DNA of 64,000 nt from Cenococcum geophilum. Taxonomy: Eukaryota. Both the position numbers and the translations under genes were made by a program. Location: assembly GCA_050273025.1 (NCBI GenBank), contig CP158635.1:18724001-18788000 (forward strand), in the 5' to 3' direction. Position 1 is the stretch's first letter. Each line of letters starts with the position of its first letter. Below the pieces are notes generated by a model, which made no database searches, was not told the origin of the DNA, and saw only the letters and a list, made by a program, of their open reading frames with translations. Below, piece by piece: positions 36,451 through 50,152 of the stretch.

Positions 36451-39168
36451 TTAGTATGTTTGAATTCGTGGGCTAAACATCGCGTTACTCTGCTGGATCA
36501 TAGCCTCAATTTTTGCCGTCTCGTTTGCTTCCAAGCTATGCATCAGCTCAACTTGCTGTTCTTGGTTCAAGCCGATACTTCGAGCATCTAAGCTCCACGA
36601 TGGAGGATAAAGATAATCCGTAATAGGGAAGCCGTTGCTCGCTGCATATGATTCATTATATGTAGGACTTGTCAGAGCATGGGATACAGGAGGCATGCTG
36701 TAAGTCTCTTGATGTGGGAGAGAAAAGTTTGGGTTCCAGTTTGGTAGGTCGGAGAATGTTGCAGGGAGGGGATTGCATTGAGAGCCTGGGTCATAGTTCA
36801 TGTGTGGAGTAGGGTCACTCTGGTACTTCGGGCTAGTGTCGATAACAGGCTGAGGTGGCACTTGCGGTGGAGATGGTTGGGCGGAGTAGTAGCCCTGAGG
36901 AGGAGGGGAGGACTGGTACGAACTGCCTGTGCTTTGATGTGGAGTGAAAATAGACTGTTGAGGAGAAATGTAGCCGAACGGCGGCTGTGACCTTTCTGAA
37001 GGGGTGTTGAGAGATGTGGTGGAGACTGTCGCGGGGCTGGTGGTACGAGATCGGTTTATCCCATCAGTTGCGCTTGATGTGACTGAGGCACTCTCAGAGG
37101 GAGATCCAACAGAGATTGGGATATCGCCATCCTTGTCATAGATCTTCATGCAGGCACCAATAAGGTTACGATATAGCTCATGAGCGGACGCTACCCCGGG
37201 CCACCGTTCCGAAGCCAGTTGGATAGCCTCCAACGCAACGGAGAGGTGGTGTTCGACATCTTCTCGGCTATGCGTGCGGCGAATCTCCGAGTAAGAGAGA
37301 GTCCAAAGTATGGTGTTAATGGCCATGAATATGGATTGCGTGAAGATCCAAGTAAGGTCAACATTCCCAGTCTCAATCTGCCTCCGTTGCATGTAGATGT
37401 TGTATTCACAAGCGTCGTAGCACTGGGCAGCAGCTCTGACGGACGGTCTCGGGACTTGTGGAGAAGGACGGAAGAGAAAAACGATCATAGTATTATATCT
37501 TCCAGTAAACCTAAAAGGTATAAATGTTAGCCTCAAGTCGCACAATGCTAGAACCTTCCATGACCGGCCCCAACATCAAAGATTGGATGTAGAGCGTCGC
37601 GAATCGCACGAATGGAGTGGGAAATTATTCAACAGCAAAAGAGAAGTCCAGCATTAGCTTACCAAACTTTATTCAATCCAGATCCTCCATCCATCTCTGG
37701 GCTCGTGTCTCTCCAAGCAATTAATTTTGCTTCCATTTGTTGGAACCAATGATCCTGATCGTCTCTCGGCTCAGGTCGCTTTTTCTGGTAGAGTTTCCTT
37801 CTGATCTCCAATTGGAGGAGCCTCATTTTAAAGAAATGGATTGATATCCATTTCTTTAGTGATGCCTGAGGGGCTGGCTGAATTCCTTCTCTTGCTATAT
37901 ATTGATCATCGACAAGTTCGAAGAATCCTACATCAATATGTGCTTCTCTCGTAGCGAAGATACTTGGTCGGCCAAGACTATGAGCAAGTCCGAACTCCAT
38001 AGTTAGAACGCTCCAAAATAGTCGTCTTCTCATATCAATTTCGAGGGGATTTGCCTGAGTACCCCCTGGACCTCTAGTTATAGTCTTTTCTTCGTTGAGA
38101 CCAAGCGCCTGGGTAAGCCGAACGGCGAGACCAATGATATAGTAGACGGCGGTGCGCGTGGGAGTAAGAAGTGAGTACCCGGCGATGAGGCAAAAGCACT
38201 GCAGTGTCTTGAGGTTCATGGGTTTGATAGCTCCCTCCAAGAATTTGAGCGCGGCAAGGTAATAACTATCAGCCAGACCAGCATACTGAGTATCCATCTT
38301 CTGTAAGCTAATGGCGATCACCATCCGCAGACTAAAGTTTTGATACGCATCAGTAGAGCCATTGTACACATCTTCAACGTCCTGAGCAAAGGTTGGTTCA
38401 TGAAACATGGGATACATAGGATGAACTATCATATCTCGGTTAGCACCGTCCCGAGGCAAACCTTAGCAGGGAATACGAGCCTTTGAGATTAAACAGCTGA
38501 ACTAACAAGTTCGTCAAGTCCCTATTTGGTAATTCCTCAGCCGCAACATCGCTTATCAGCGGGTAGATCTTCGATGTTGGCTTAGCCTCTTCCTGAGCAA
38601 AGCGCTCCTTTATCAACCTAGCTCTGGAATCCGGGACAATGTCTGATATGCTCTTGGAATCGGTGAATTGCTTTGCGAGCTGCATCACCAGCCGGGTGAT
38701 GGCAATACCACTCGACGGCCCAAGGAACTTGGATTCATCACTCTCCTGTATCCGGACAGCAGCAGCCCCGCGCATCACATCCTCCGGGTCTGGCTCAATA
38801 TCATCTCGCTCCAGGTCGGCTAATTGTTTCTCTAAATCGCGAACTTTATGTTGTAGGTGGACTACATAGTTCCTCGGTATTTTGGTGCCCTTGGTCGGGT
38901 CGTAGTACTCGCAGTGGGAATTCGTTCGCTCGCAGGGTCCGCAACGAGGCAGTCCGGGATCGCATCGAGTTTTCCTCTGCCAAAAGTCAATTTTGCCGTC
39001 GTCTTGGATGCGAAGGATAGGCCTTACCGTGCGACACCTGCAGCATGCAGTAAGGGTGTGAGCGATGCGGGGAGAGCTAGCTTCTTCGTTTGCGCGGACA
39101 CTTCCTTCACGCTTGATTTGGGTGGATGGGCGGCTTCGCTGGGCGGCTGGATCTACAGCCTCGGCCAT
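36451..39168 (-). CDS. Zn(II)2Cys6 transcription factor, Ppr1/UaY-like
   Basis: ACCRCRT|RKTRCDPGLPRCGPCERTNSHC followed by YYDPTKGTKIPRNYVVHL. Fungal_trans-type middle region (MRRRLFWSV..LGRP) and S/P/Q-rich tail. Confidence 0.9.
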
Positions 39169-39974
39169 GGCGAGGCTTTGTCGAAGAAGTTGCTTGTGAG
39201 GGAGTTCGAGGTGGTTATACTCGTAGCGCTCGACTCCATACCAAAGAAGCAACCATGGTATGATGAGACACTTTAGCTGCGACAAGAAAATGCTTGGACT
39301 CCGCAGTCGCACAGCCAAGAACCAGAGAGGGGTATCTTGGAGATGAAGGACAAGGCGATTTTTGGATGGAAATATGGCGGATGAGAGCAAAAGGTACCCC
39401 GGCTGTCTTTGCGAGGCACCGACGCGGCGCTTGGAAATGGGGCGTTTGGCAGGCGGGCTGGACTCGCCTTCTGCTTGAATAGCACTGGATGGGTGTCGTG
39501 GGGTTAGTGTCTTGGTGCCCGTGGGTGTACATGTACATACAGTAATTTGCGCGCAGCAGGGAGGGGTGCTGGATCAAAGCCCGCATTGAACCTCACCGCT
39601 AGCCGGCTGCCCTACTGCCCACGATCCCCATCGAATATTTGATCCCCAGGCCCGTTGCAGGTCCGTTGAAGACGCTCCGGACCACTACATCTAATCGGAA
39701 AGACCGGTGAGCACCACCCTGCAAGGCTGCAGCCCAGGAAGGCTGAGCGAGAGCCGCTGCTGCGCCTCCTCCACCCTCTCGTCCACGTTGTGTAGCCACG
39801 CCACGTCCTGTATACTGCTCCACTGGAACGACAGAGGTGAGCTGAAAACGCGGCTTTCTTGCTTCACTTGTGCTTTCTATGCGCCTGCCTGGTCGTACCG
39901 CTACACTCTCACACACTCTCAGCTCACCGACCGCCCCAACGCCCTGTAGCTGCTTCGGTGAGTGAGCAGGCGCG

Positions 39975-40026
39975 GCAGACAGGCAGACAGGCAGACAGGC
40001 AGGCGGGCAAACAGGCAGGCAGGTAG
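39975..40026. repeat. (AGAC/AGGC)n simple repeat in the shared promoter of the two Zn2Cys6 genes
   Basis: gcagacaggcagacaggcagacaggcaggcgggcaaacaggcaggcaggtagg. Confidence 0.8.
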
Positions 40027-40217
40027 GGTGATGCAATACTACAGCATTCCGGAAGCCAAATATGTCTTTTCTTTATTCTCCACACATGACCCCAAGTGCT
40101 TCTCCTTAACCTCTGGCCTTTGTACTCTTACCAGTCACTCCCGTATCCCCGAGGCGTTCGCACCAGTAGACTTGCAAGCTAGCATGTCATGTGTAAATCC
40201 ATATTAACTAGATTGCC

Positions 40218-42645
40218 ATGTCTGCAGAAACTACCCCATCCCTCTCCGGCAACGACCTGATGGTCTTGGAAACCCCGCTCCTCCGTGTGAGCAGGCCGGT
40301 GGCAGCTTGCTCGCGATGCCGCTCTGCCAAGGTCAAGTGCGACGGAAAACTCCCCGCCTGCACTGCTTGCGAGAAGTCGAATCGGGCCGCCGAGTGCTCC
40401 AGCACGAACGACCAGTTTGCGCGCGGTAAGGAGAGGAGCTATGTCGCCACTCTTGAGGCGAGAGTAGAGAAGCTTGAGAAGAAGCTCAACGAAGCAAAGG
40501 CGAGGAGGAAGTCCTCAGTAGCCATGCCAGACTACGATGCAGCAGGAACACCTCGTCGCACTTCCGTGGATACTCTAAAAGCCTCCAAGCCTATCAGTAA
40601 ACGTGCTGCACGACGAAAAGAAGCTTCTGATATTGATGAACTAGTTTCTGATTTCGGGCTTCTGTGAGTACCATCTTCTTTTTGCCCACACTGCTCCAAT
40701 GGAACGCAAGTGATTAATAAAATTCCTAGTGCTGTCAACGCTACTGCTAGAGATTTCTACGGCTTCACATCAGAAATGTCGTATGCTCGTCTCATTCTGT
40801 CTGCAAGTTCCAAAGAGTCTTTGCCCACTGGCATGACTAAGGCCCTCCCTCCACGATACGCAGCAACACCTCTAATTCAGCATTATCTGAACAACATTTT
40901 TATACTCTTGCCAATCTTCGAGGAAGCAAGCTTCTATGCTTCCGTGGATGCAGTTTACCATTCAGATCCTGAAAAGGCTTCTGCCTTTGATCACTGGACC
41001 GTACGAATGGTGCTCGCGCTGGCGTGCCTTACAATATCCGATCGACGTGGTGACAACCACTACTTAGATGCTGTAGGCCATGTTAATGCTGCTTTAGAAC
41101 ATGCTGAAAATGTTCTGCATCCCGGCTTTATCACTAGCATTCAAGCCTTAGTGCTGCTTGTTGAGTATGCGACGATGGACCCTCATCATTTCGATAGCTG
41201 GACCTTGATCGGCGCTGCTTCGAGAGCTATGGTGGATCTGGGTATCCATCAAGACCCATCAAAAAGTGCCTCTATACCAAGAGTAAAACTAGAGCTTCGA
41301 AGAAGAGTTTACTACTGCGTATATGCACTGGACAGGTCAGTCGTCTCATTAGGATCACTCATTCTCCAACTAATAATCCATCAGGTCTACTTCCTTGGTC
41401 CAAACCCGCGCATTCTCCTTCTCCGACGACTCAGCTAAAGTTGCTTTGCCCTTCTCATCCAACTCTCTCTCACCCTCTAAGAACTCTCCGAAGACTCACG
41501 TTTGGCTCCAATCCTTCGATGCGGCCCTCGACCTTTTCCGCATCCGCCAAATTCAATCAACCTGGTATATGGACCTCTTCCAATCCGGTCGTGAGGCCTG
41601 GTCAGATCCCTACCCTTACATCTGGCGCACCTATGACGAAATGACAAGTTGGTTTCAAAACATGCCCGCTACCGCACTCCCTTCAACCAAAGCGTTCTTT
41701 GAGCTAGAACTCCTCTACAGCTATGTCTACATTCTCTCCCCAAGCCCACGCATTCCAAGGATATGCGAATACGCTCAGCGTTTAATATTTGAGCATTGTA
41801 TCGCTTACGCTACCAACCTCCTCGCTGTTCTTGCCAAGCCTTCAAACTCCACGAAGCCGCCTCTGACCTTCTACGACGCCATGCGCGCTTACATGACTGG
41901 CCGGCAGTTCGTTGATGTCCTTGCTAGGAACCAAGACATCATTCTAGATCCCATCCCGCCAACCCCACCTGTCCCAAGTGGTTCAGGGTCTGCTTCCGAA
42001 GATCCCCTAAGCCCGCCAGCGGATGTTCCCCCGCCGGCGCTCCCTACACCTCAGCCATCTCCTGATGGGACCCCAGCAGCAGATCCGACTAATCGCGCTA
42101 TAAACGCCATCAACGACTTCACGACCATCCTCGGCCGCTTCGGCCTATGCTTCGGCTACATCAACTGGCGCGACCGCTTCCAGCGCGAATCCGCGGCCCT
42201 CCTTGCGCAACTGCAACATCGCGCATCGCTCTCTCCAGTCCCGAGCCCCCAGCATCGCGCCGTCCAGCCACACCATCCGCAAAGCGTCTGGGGCAACATG
42301 TCCACCAGCCCGGCAATGACGCATCCCCACCCGCACTCATACACCTCGACCCCGCCAAGCTATCCCGCAAGCCTGGCCAGCCCGTACAGTCAATCCACCT
42401 CGCCCTACGCGCCCGCCTACACCACTCCGTCAATGCAGCCGGTGGTCGACTGGGGCCCGGCGCCGCAAGCCCAGGGCCAAGCGGCATATTTCCCGCCGCT
42501 GCCGCCGCTGTCAGGCGTGTCCGGAGCCGGTACCGGCATGAGCAGCACCGCGCCAGCGGTAGACGGCCTGGGCGCTGGGAGCGAGATGGCCACGACGGGG
42601 TGGGAAACGCTACCTGGTGGAAGTCTGAACGCGAGGTTTATGTGA
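40218..42645 (+). CDS. Zn(II)2Cys6 transcription factor with fungal-specific TF middle domain
   Basis: ACSRCRSAKVKCDGKLPACTACEKSNRAAEC; dimerisation helix SYVATLEARVEKLE; ELRRRVYYCVYALDR. Two introns. Confidence 0.92.
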
Positions 42646-43238
42646 TGTTGTTGTATGCAACGAGATGATGTAGGATGAGACGCGGGAAATTCAGGAGTTG
42701 CTTTGGTAAATAGTTTGCTACGCGCTATTTAGCTACACGGATATGGGTTGGAGTGTAGATTCAGTGTATACGGAGTTGAAATTGGAGTAGATAACGAGAG
42801 GTCACGATCAATTTTTTATGAGGTCAGCAATGTATCGAATATCTCTTAAAAGGACGCGGGGATATTAAAACATGTGGGCATTACAAGCCACATAGCCAGT
42901 CCAATTTGAGCAATCGAAGTTATTGCAGAAGACTAAATTAAAACACTCTCATTCATTCAATGAATCATATGAATATCATCCTTGCTGTCCAACTCACCAC
43001 TGAGGTTCAGAAATCTGATCTATTTAACCAGGCCCCAAGAAAGAAGGAGAAGCAAAATGCCAAGTGCCGCGCAATGCAAATGCCCCAAGCTGAGCCAAGA
43101 GCAGGAATAGTGATAGAGGCAATACAAGGGGGAGGGGGAAGAGGAAAGGACGCTGGAGCTAGGTCCATCATAGGCAATTCACACACGCTAGGAGCAGATG
43201 TGGCGTGCGGGTGAAAAAACCGCGGAGTCTGGTATGGC

Positions 43239-46044
43239 TCAAGGGTTGCTCAGTGCGAGACACGCATCAACCGCCAATCCAACCCTACATTAAAAAAAAT
43301 TAGCCCGCAAGCTCTGACTTGGATAGAAGTGAAATGGATTTGGTGTAGGATGACGTACCGCCCCTCCTTTAATCTCACAACATCATCGATGATTTCCCTA
43401 TCCAACCCTGGGAACATTCCCGCCAGGGTTTCTACAACCACACGATGCTCTTGCCACTGTATCCTCCTCGCCTCCTCCGCCTCAGCGCTCGCCTGCCGCG
43501 CCGCTGCATCTTCGGCGCTTACGCGCTGGATAACCCTTTGCTGCTCAGCACTGCGTCTCTCTTTCTCATTCGAGCTACGCGGGTTATCACTACTACGCGG
43601 CGCTAAAGGTGGAGCGGGCGATAAGCGCGGCGTGCTACCAGGCTGCGGCGTAGACGCTAGCTGGCCAGCTTGACTGGAAGAGGCGGTGTCAGAGTCGGAA
43701 AAGATGCGGCCGATGGTACTGAGAGGTTTCTGGATCGTCCTCAATAGTCCCGCCACAGCTGCGTTTTCCTCGCCCTCTGGCGCCGGCTCTGAAGCGCCCT
43801 TGCCTCCATCCTGTTTCAAGCTTGTCGAGCGGCGCGGGCCCACCCTCTCGGCGTCAAGTGAGTTCCTAGGCGTGACTTCTGCACGGCTTAGAGATGATTT
43901 CTCGGAGAGGTGGAGGTGCGGTGAGGGCATGCGGCGATGCTGTGGCTGCGCGGGAGTCGGAGGCGGGTTCGCTTGGAGAAGGCGCTGCTGAGCTTCTTCC
44001 TCAGCGTGGTGCCGTTCTGCGATGGCGGAGACGGCAGCCTCGACATTCGTTTCAAACTCGGCATCGGATATGGTAAGGGAAGTTCGATCAAGGTTCTCGA
44101 TAAATTGGACAGCGCCCATCTAGCCGTAAAGGGTCAGACATGCGCAGTAAGTTAGGCACAAGGGTGGAAGATCAGGAACGCACAAGAGAAGAAATGTAGT
44201 ATCCTGCCTCTCCACCAAGTTTGTCTTGATTGCGGAAGCGTAGAATATATTGCACGTTTGACACTAAATGGTCTGGGTTTGCCTGTAGTACTGTATAAAT
44301 GAGTAGTGGCACAAAGGAGTCGGCCGATTGATCCGTTTGCGAGGTACGTAAGAATCCTGTAACATCAGCCAAGTCGTCGGCGACAGGAGGCAAATATACA
44401 AATCATACCAAAAATTACTTTACAACAATTAAGTACACAAATTACTTTGTCTCTCGGCGCTCGGTAGCTCTTTATTTTGAGCAATTCTATTATCATTAGC
44501 ACTATGTTAAGTGATTTGGGTCAAAGCTTCAGCATACCTTGTTGTGCTAGTAATAAGAATTTCCTGCCTTTCTCTCCTACTGGTTTAATGTCCAGATGTT
44601 CCTCTCTTACCCACTTATAGATTCGTACTTTTTGTGCTAGTACTTCATCTCGCTCGACATCTTCTTGATGCTGCCCTCGCCGGCCTTGGCCGGGTGGTTC
44701 CTGTGCACCTCTTCGTCGGCCTTTCCCACCTTGGATTGGTTCAGGCGGGGGTATGGCGGGAGAGAACGTCTGTGAATACAAGCGGTTCATCACGAGTTTC
44801 TCCATTCCTTCTCTTGCATTATCAAATTCAGCGTCAGACACTGTCCGCCAGACTTCACATTGGGCCATTTTCTTGCTGATGAACTCTAGAAAGTCACTTA
44901 TTATCTTGACTTGTTCATGTACCATCCATTGCTTCTTTCCGAACTCGAGGAGGAACGACCGCAAAAATTTCGCAACAGGGTCTGCTGTCCGGTGTCGGAG
45001 CTGTTCAAGGAAGCGGTGAAAATCAAAAGGAAGATCGGGTTCAGGGTCTGGTGCAGGTGGAGGCGGTTTATACATGTTAGCATGCGCTTTGGGTGACGAA
45101 GAGTCTTCGTATACCGGTGCCTTTTCATTCGAAGTACCACCAGTATTAACAAAGTAGAGGGACGAGGTTCTTGGAGGTGGTGAGTGGAGTGTTTGGCTTT
45201 TTGAGAGGCTCGATTCACCTGGGTGAGGCAAGGTTCCGGCGTTAAGGGGCTCCAAACTTGACTTGCGAAGCGGATGTGGTATTGGAGAATCTAGTATAGG
45301 CCCGGCAAATTCCAACCGTGGAGACATGATCTCCTCTATCCCTGGCCCTTCCATTCCATCGTCAAACTGCTCCATAATACTTTGGATTTCAGATCTGGAG
45401 TCGTCCATTGTATCCTCCCCTGCCTCATATTTCTCATTATACTCTGCCGCTTCGGCGTCCTCTGAAGTTCTTCCATTCATTTTTGACTCCTGTGCTACAG
45501 GCGTGAGCGCACGGATCGAAGTATCCTGATTCGAATTCAAATATTTCTCGTCTTTAGGCGGCGGTGGTGGCGGCGAAGGAGAGCGAACTGTCTCTTTCTC
45601 CGAGAATGGCTCTGGGGGTGGAGTTGCAGGCCTTGGAATACTTTCTGCTTGGCCGGGCAATTGTTCGGCGGGCTCCTTGGACGGTGTAGAAGGTATTTCA
45701 GGTCCTTTATCATCTTCAAGTTTTTCATTCTCCAGCTTAGAATCTTGAGACAGTGTTTCAGGCAAAGGCCCTCCCGTCTGCTCTAAGTCGTTCTGTGTGT
45801 CTGGAATGTCTGCCCTGTGTTTGTTGACCCGCTCCTCCATATTTGGTAGCTTTGCTAGCTGTGCGGCCGCCTCAAGTCCATTGTGCTTGCTACTCGAGCT
45901 CTCGGTGAGAGGCTCTTTAGATTCAGTATTTTTGATGTCTTCGCCGAGTTCTAGGTTTTGGGCTTCCTGAATGTCGGCTGTCTCGCCTTCCTCAGTCGTG
46001 ATCTGGTCCTCATGAGGTTTAGCAGGTTGGATCGGAGAAGACAT
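43239..46044 (-). CDS. VPS9: Rab5/Vps21 guanine-nucleotide exchange factor with C-terminal CUE domain
   Basis: FDFHRFLEQLRH, NAREGMEKLVMNRLY, SADSFVPLLIY..NP..LVSNVQYILRFR..GEAGYY (VPS9 domain); TLAGMFPGLDREIIDDV..GLAVDACLAL (CUE). Confidence 0.93.
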
Positions 46045-46409
46045 AGGCCGCCGTCCGGCTGAAGATGTATTTTGGAGGGTTTAGGTGCTCTTTAGTAATC
46101 TGCCCATGGAGCAGCATACACCGAAAGGGAAAAACACAGATTTGCACTTGTGGTTTGCAGTCTGTAGAGAAGGAGAGTGTTGAGTCGTGCCTTGTCTCAA
46201 AGTTGAGCTACCTTATCCATGCAGGTGTATGCGTGGATGATGGGTGCCAAGATTGGCATCTTGGCCGAAACCCGCCGGCGCTAGTTAAAATGCCGTCTAG
46301 TGCTAGCAACTTGGTAGGTGCGAGTCAACATCTCTTTCCCACCCTATACCAGCTGCGCGGCATTCTTTTCATTAGACCTCATAACGCCCATCAACCGCCA
46401 TAATAGCTC

Positions 46410-48282
46410 ATGTGCGGCATATACTTGTCAATCAGCTCTTCTGGCTATGTTTCTCCAAATTCCGGGACTCGACAGTTCTTGCACAACCGGGGTCCTGACA
46501 GTTCAAGAGAGCATAAAGTTGTGGTTGGGCCTCCTGCGCCTTTTGAAGTCATCTCATATCAGCCGCTCTATATTACCTTCATATCCACTGTTCTGTCACT
46601 ACGAGGAAGCAATATTGTACCTCAACCACTCATCGATGAAGCTTCCCAATCCGTTCTTTGCTGGAATGGGGAAGCCTGGAAACTTCATAATGTTGAAGTC
46701 GCTGGTAATGACTCCCAGGGGGTCTTTCAGCTTTTTCTTAAGGCTTCAGCCGGTGAAGCAGTGACCGGTGAACTTTCTGCACACAAAAGAATCCTAAATG
46801 CAATTTCTTCCATATCTGGTCCCTTTGCGTTCGTCTTTTATGACGCCCCAAATGCTCGCTTATACTATGGCAGAGACTGCCTTGGAAGACGCTCATTACT
46901 GCAGAAAACTGACTCTACAGGCGAGCTTATTCTTTCTAGCATCTGTGACAATAATTTAGGCGACCAGTGGTCAGAAGTTGAGGCTGATGGTGTATATTTC
47001 GTTGAATTATTCCCTCCAACCAATGCCGGTTCCCAAAATATCCTAATAGCAAAGCAAGAATATTTCAATGTTACTCGCGCTTATGCACACAATTGCGAAG
47101 GCGGGGACTCTGCGACGCACTTAGTATGTCAGCTGCACTTGCACTAATAGAAGATACTAATTTACTTTGTAGAGAATGCCTTTCCCACAATTTAACAAAG
47201 CTCTACCAGATAGCATTCCACCGGCCCTTTCACTTAGCTCTCCATCCGTTGACCAGCTCCATCAAGCACTCCGCAAGTCACTTGAGCTGCGAGTTCGAAA
47301 TGTGCGCTTATCATTTGAAGTCGGACTGGAAGGAACCAGCCAGAATGATTCCAAAATTGCGATCTTATTTTCCGGCGGTCTCGACTGCACAGTTCTTGCT
47401 CGCTTGGTCCATGATATTCTTCCGATAGAAGAATGTGTTGACTTATTGAACGTTGCGTTTCAGAATCCCCGAGTTCATCGATCACTTGAAAATGCAAATG
47501 AAATGCACCCCTCACCCTATGAGCTATGTCCAGATCGGATTACTGGAAGAGCATCTTATGGTGAACTCCAAAAGGCGTGTCCCGGGCGGACTTGGAGATT
47601 CGTGGAGATTAATATCCCATACTCAGAAACGATGACACACCGTGACACTGTTGTTTCGCTAATGCACCCGCACAATACTGAAATGGATCTTTCCATATCC
47701 TACGCTCTCTACTTCGCCTCCAAAGGCGTTGGTCTCGTCCACAGTCCGTCTGATGACAGACCACATAACTACTCAACTTCAGCTCATGTTTTAATATCCG
47801 GCCTTGGAGCTGATGAATTATTTGGAGGTTACCAGCGGCATGCCACTAGTTTCTCTCGGCGAGGCTACCCTGGACTGACCACCGAGCTTGAGCTGGATAT
47901 TAACCGCTTAGGAAAGCGAAACCTTGGACGAGATGACCGCGTGATTTCTAATTGGAGTAAAGAAGCAAGATTTCCATATCTGGATGAAGGACTTCTTGCA
48001 TGGGCTCTGAATCGTCCCGTCTGGGAGAAGTGTGGATTTGGCGCGTGCTCATCATCCATTGATTCAGGCCATCCCACCGGAAATATAGAGCCTGGTAAGA
48101 AGGTTTTGAGACTTCTGGCCTGGAAATTAGGTATGACAAAGGTCGCTGAAGAGAGAAAACGCGCGGTGAGTGCTGCACCTCTCACAGAAAAGCTGATGCT
48201 GATAGCCCAAAAGATACAGTTCGGCGCCCGAACAGCAAAAATGGAAACTGGAAAGACGAAAGGGACTCAGATCCTGTCTTGA
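46410..48282 (+). CDS. Asparagine synthetase domain-containing protein (ASNSD1/YML096W-like)
   Basis: N-terminal MCGI and NRGPD (class II glutamine amidotransferase fold), WNGE, GRDCLGRRSLL; then LFSGGLDC, SGLGADELFGGY, RNLGRDDR, IQFGARTAKM. Confidence 0.9.
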
Positions 48283-49072
48283 TGACTCATGTTCTGGTAC
48301 GTTTTGTCTCAGTTTTTCTTCAGCTCTAGTATACCAGAGACCTCTTTCGCGGCGATGATGACGGGACTGGGGCTTCGGCTCTAGTCTTACAGATACTTGG
48401 GAGATTGCTAGGGCCCATGCTCTGCATCTACGGTTGTCAAACTGCTCTGAGTTTCCAATCCATGGTAACCGGGTCGTTTGGCAACCGCGGTGTGGCGTCA
48501 GACCTTGGGATCTATGACCCAGAAAAGGCAAGTCTGAGCCACGCGACTTTATAAGCGAATGCCCTTACGCTCCGTTTGACATCGATCTTAGAGCGGCTGT
48601 CACTGATAGTTCTGCAGTTATTAATATCACTATATATTTGACACAAATCGGATTCTAGTTGATGAGTGGGTAAGGGCGATGTCTTGTTCGAAATTTGAAA
48701 GGCTTAGCCATTTAGATTTATCGTACCTTGAGTTCCCCCAGAGCAGTTACTGCCTCCAAGGCAAGCATGCTCAGATGTTGAAACGCCGAAAGTGGCGCCG
48801 ACGGAGAAGACGGTATTGGCGAAGATAACAGTGAAAGCGGGCGTGAGGACAGAGAACCTAGAACAGGATAGACATAATCAGGACGGAGTCCTGGAGGCTT
48901 CGTATCACAAGCTCGTTATATTTTTTCTAAATCCAGAAGGCCAACAGGATCTTCTTACCGTGTATAGAGATCTGCAATTCATGAAGTAGTATAAGCGGAC
49001 TCATAAATGGTAAGACTAGCGTCGATGGTTTCCCGCTACCATCTGGCGATCTATTAGGACGATATATTGCGT

Positions 49073-49422
49073 CAGTGGTCGCATGAATGAATATATTCAT
49101 TAAATGAATTGAATATTTTAAAGCCCTTATGAACATATAGGACCCTTTTTGAAGCTTTAGTAGTTATAGAGGACGTACTTAAAAGCAACTAAGTATAAGG
49201 TTTTCGGTATATATACTTATAAGTACGCCGATCGTTCTTATATATATATAGAGCCCGGTTATTTTGACCAGGAAAGTGAGTTTAGGACGAAGATTGAATA
49301 AAATACTATACTAAGGGTCGTGATAAACGCTTTATAAGCATTCCTTATGAATATATTCATATCTTATGAATGAATTGAATACAAGGGTCATATTCCGAAT
49401 ATATTCGTTCATGCGACCACTG
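49073..49422. mobile_element. hAT-type MITE (350 bp)
   Basis: 26-bp TIRs cagtggtcgcatgaatgaatatattc / gaatatattcgttcatgcgaccactg (1 mismatch). 8-bp TSD tattgcgt at 49065-49072 and 49423-49430. Confidence 0.92.
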
Positions 49423-49449
49423 TATTGCGTATATGATATCGATAATTTG

Positions 49450-50152
49450 CAGGGTGGGGAAAAATCTAATCGATCCGATTCGATACGATACGCGAGATCG
49501 TATCGTATCGAATCGTATCGATTGACTTTTTTCGATACACCTACCAAAACAATACACCCCCAATAGCCCCACTAGTATAGCTCTAAATTATATAAATAAG
49601 GGCTTATTTTATAGTCTTAGAATAGAGCTATAAAATAAGCCATTATTTATATAATTTAGAGCCGTTTTAGTGGAGTTATGGGAGGGGGGACCTACTACCG
49701 GTCGCAAAATATTGGTAACTCGCCCAGAGCCGAACGTCGCGCATCTCCCACTCCATTAAAATAATATACCCCTATAACTTTACTAATATAGCTCTAACTT
49801 ATATAAATAGTAACTGATTTTATAGCTTTACTTTAAAGCTATATTAATAGAGCTATAGGGGGTGTATTATTTTAATAGAGTGGGAGACGCGCGATGTTTG
49901 GCTCTGGGCGAGTTACCAATATTTTGCGACCGGTAGTAGGTCCCCCCTCCCATAACTCCACTAAAACGGCTCTAAATTATATAAATAATGGCTTATTTTA
50001 TAGCTCTATTCTAAAACTATAAAATAGGCCTCTATTTATAAAACATATACCTATATTAGTGGAGCTATAGGGGGAATTCCAAGAAAATATCATGATATTT
50101 GATACGATACGGAATATCGTATCGAGATAAGATTAGATTTTTCCCAACCCTG
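49450..50152. mobile_element. hAT-type MITE with long internal fold-back (703 bp)
   Basis: 22-bp TIRs cagggtggggaaaaatctaatc / gattagatttttcccaaccctg. 8-bp TSD ataatttg at 49442-49449 and 50153-50160. Subterminal (ATCGT)n pentamers. Internal ~175-bp inverted arms at ~49601-49776 and ~49854-50029. Confidence 0.93.

Noticed and set aside
49332..49572. Short ORFs with SIRYD/RIESYR repeats
   Set aside because: Artefacts of the (ATCGT)n subterminal repeats of the MITE.
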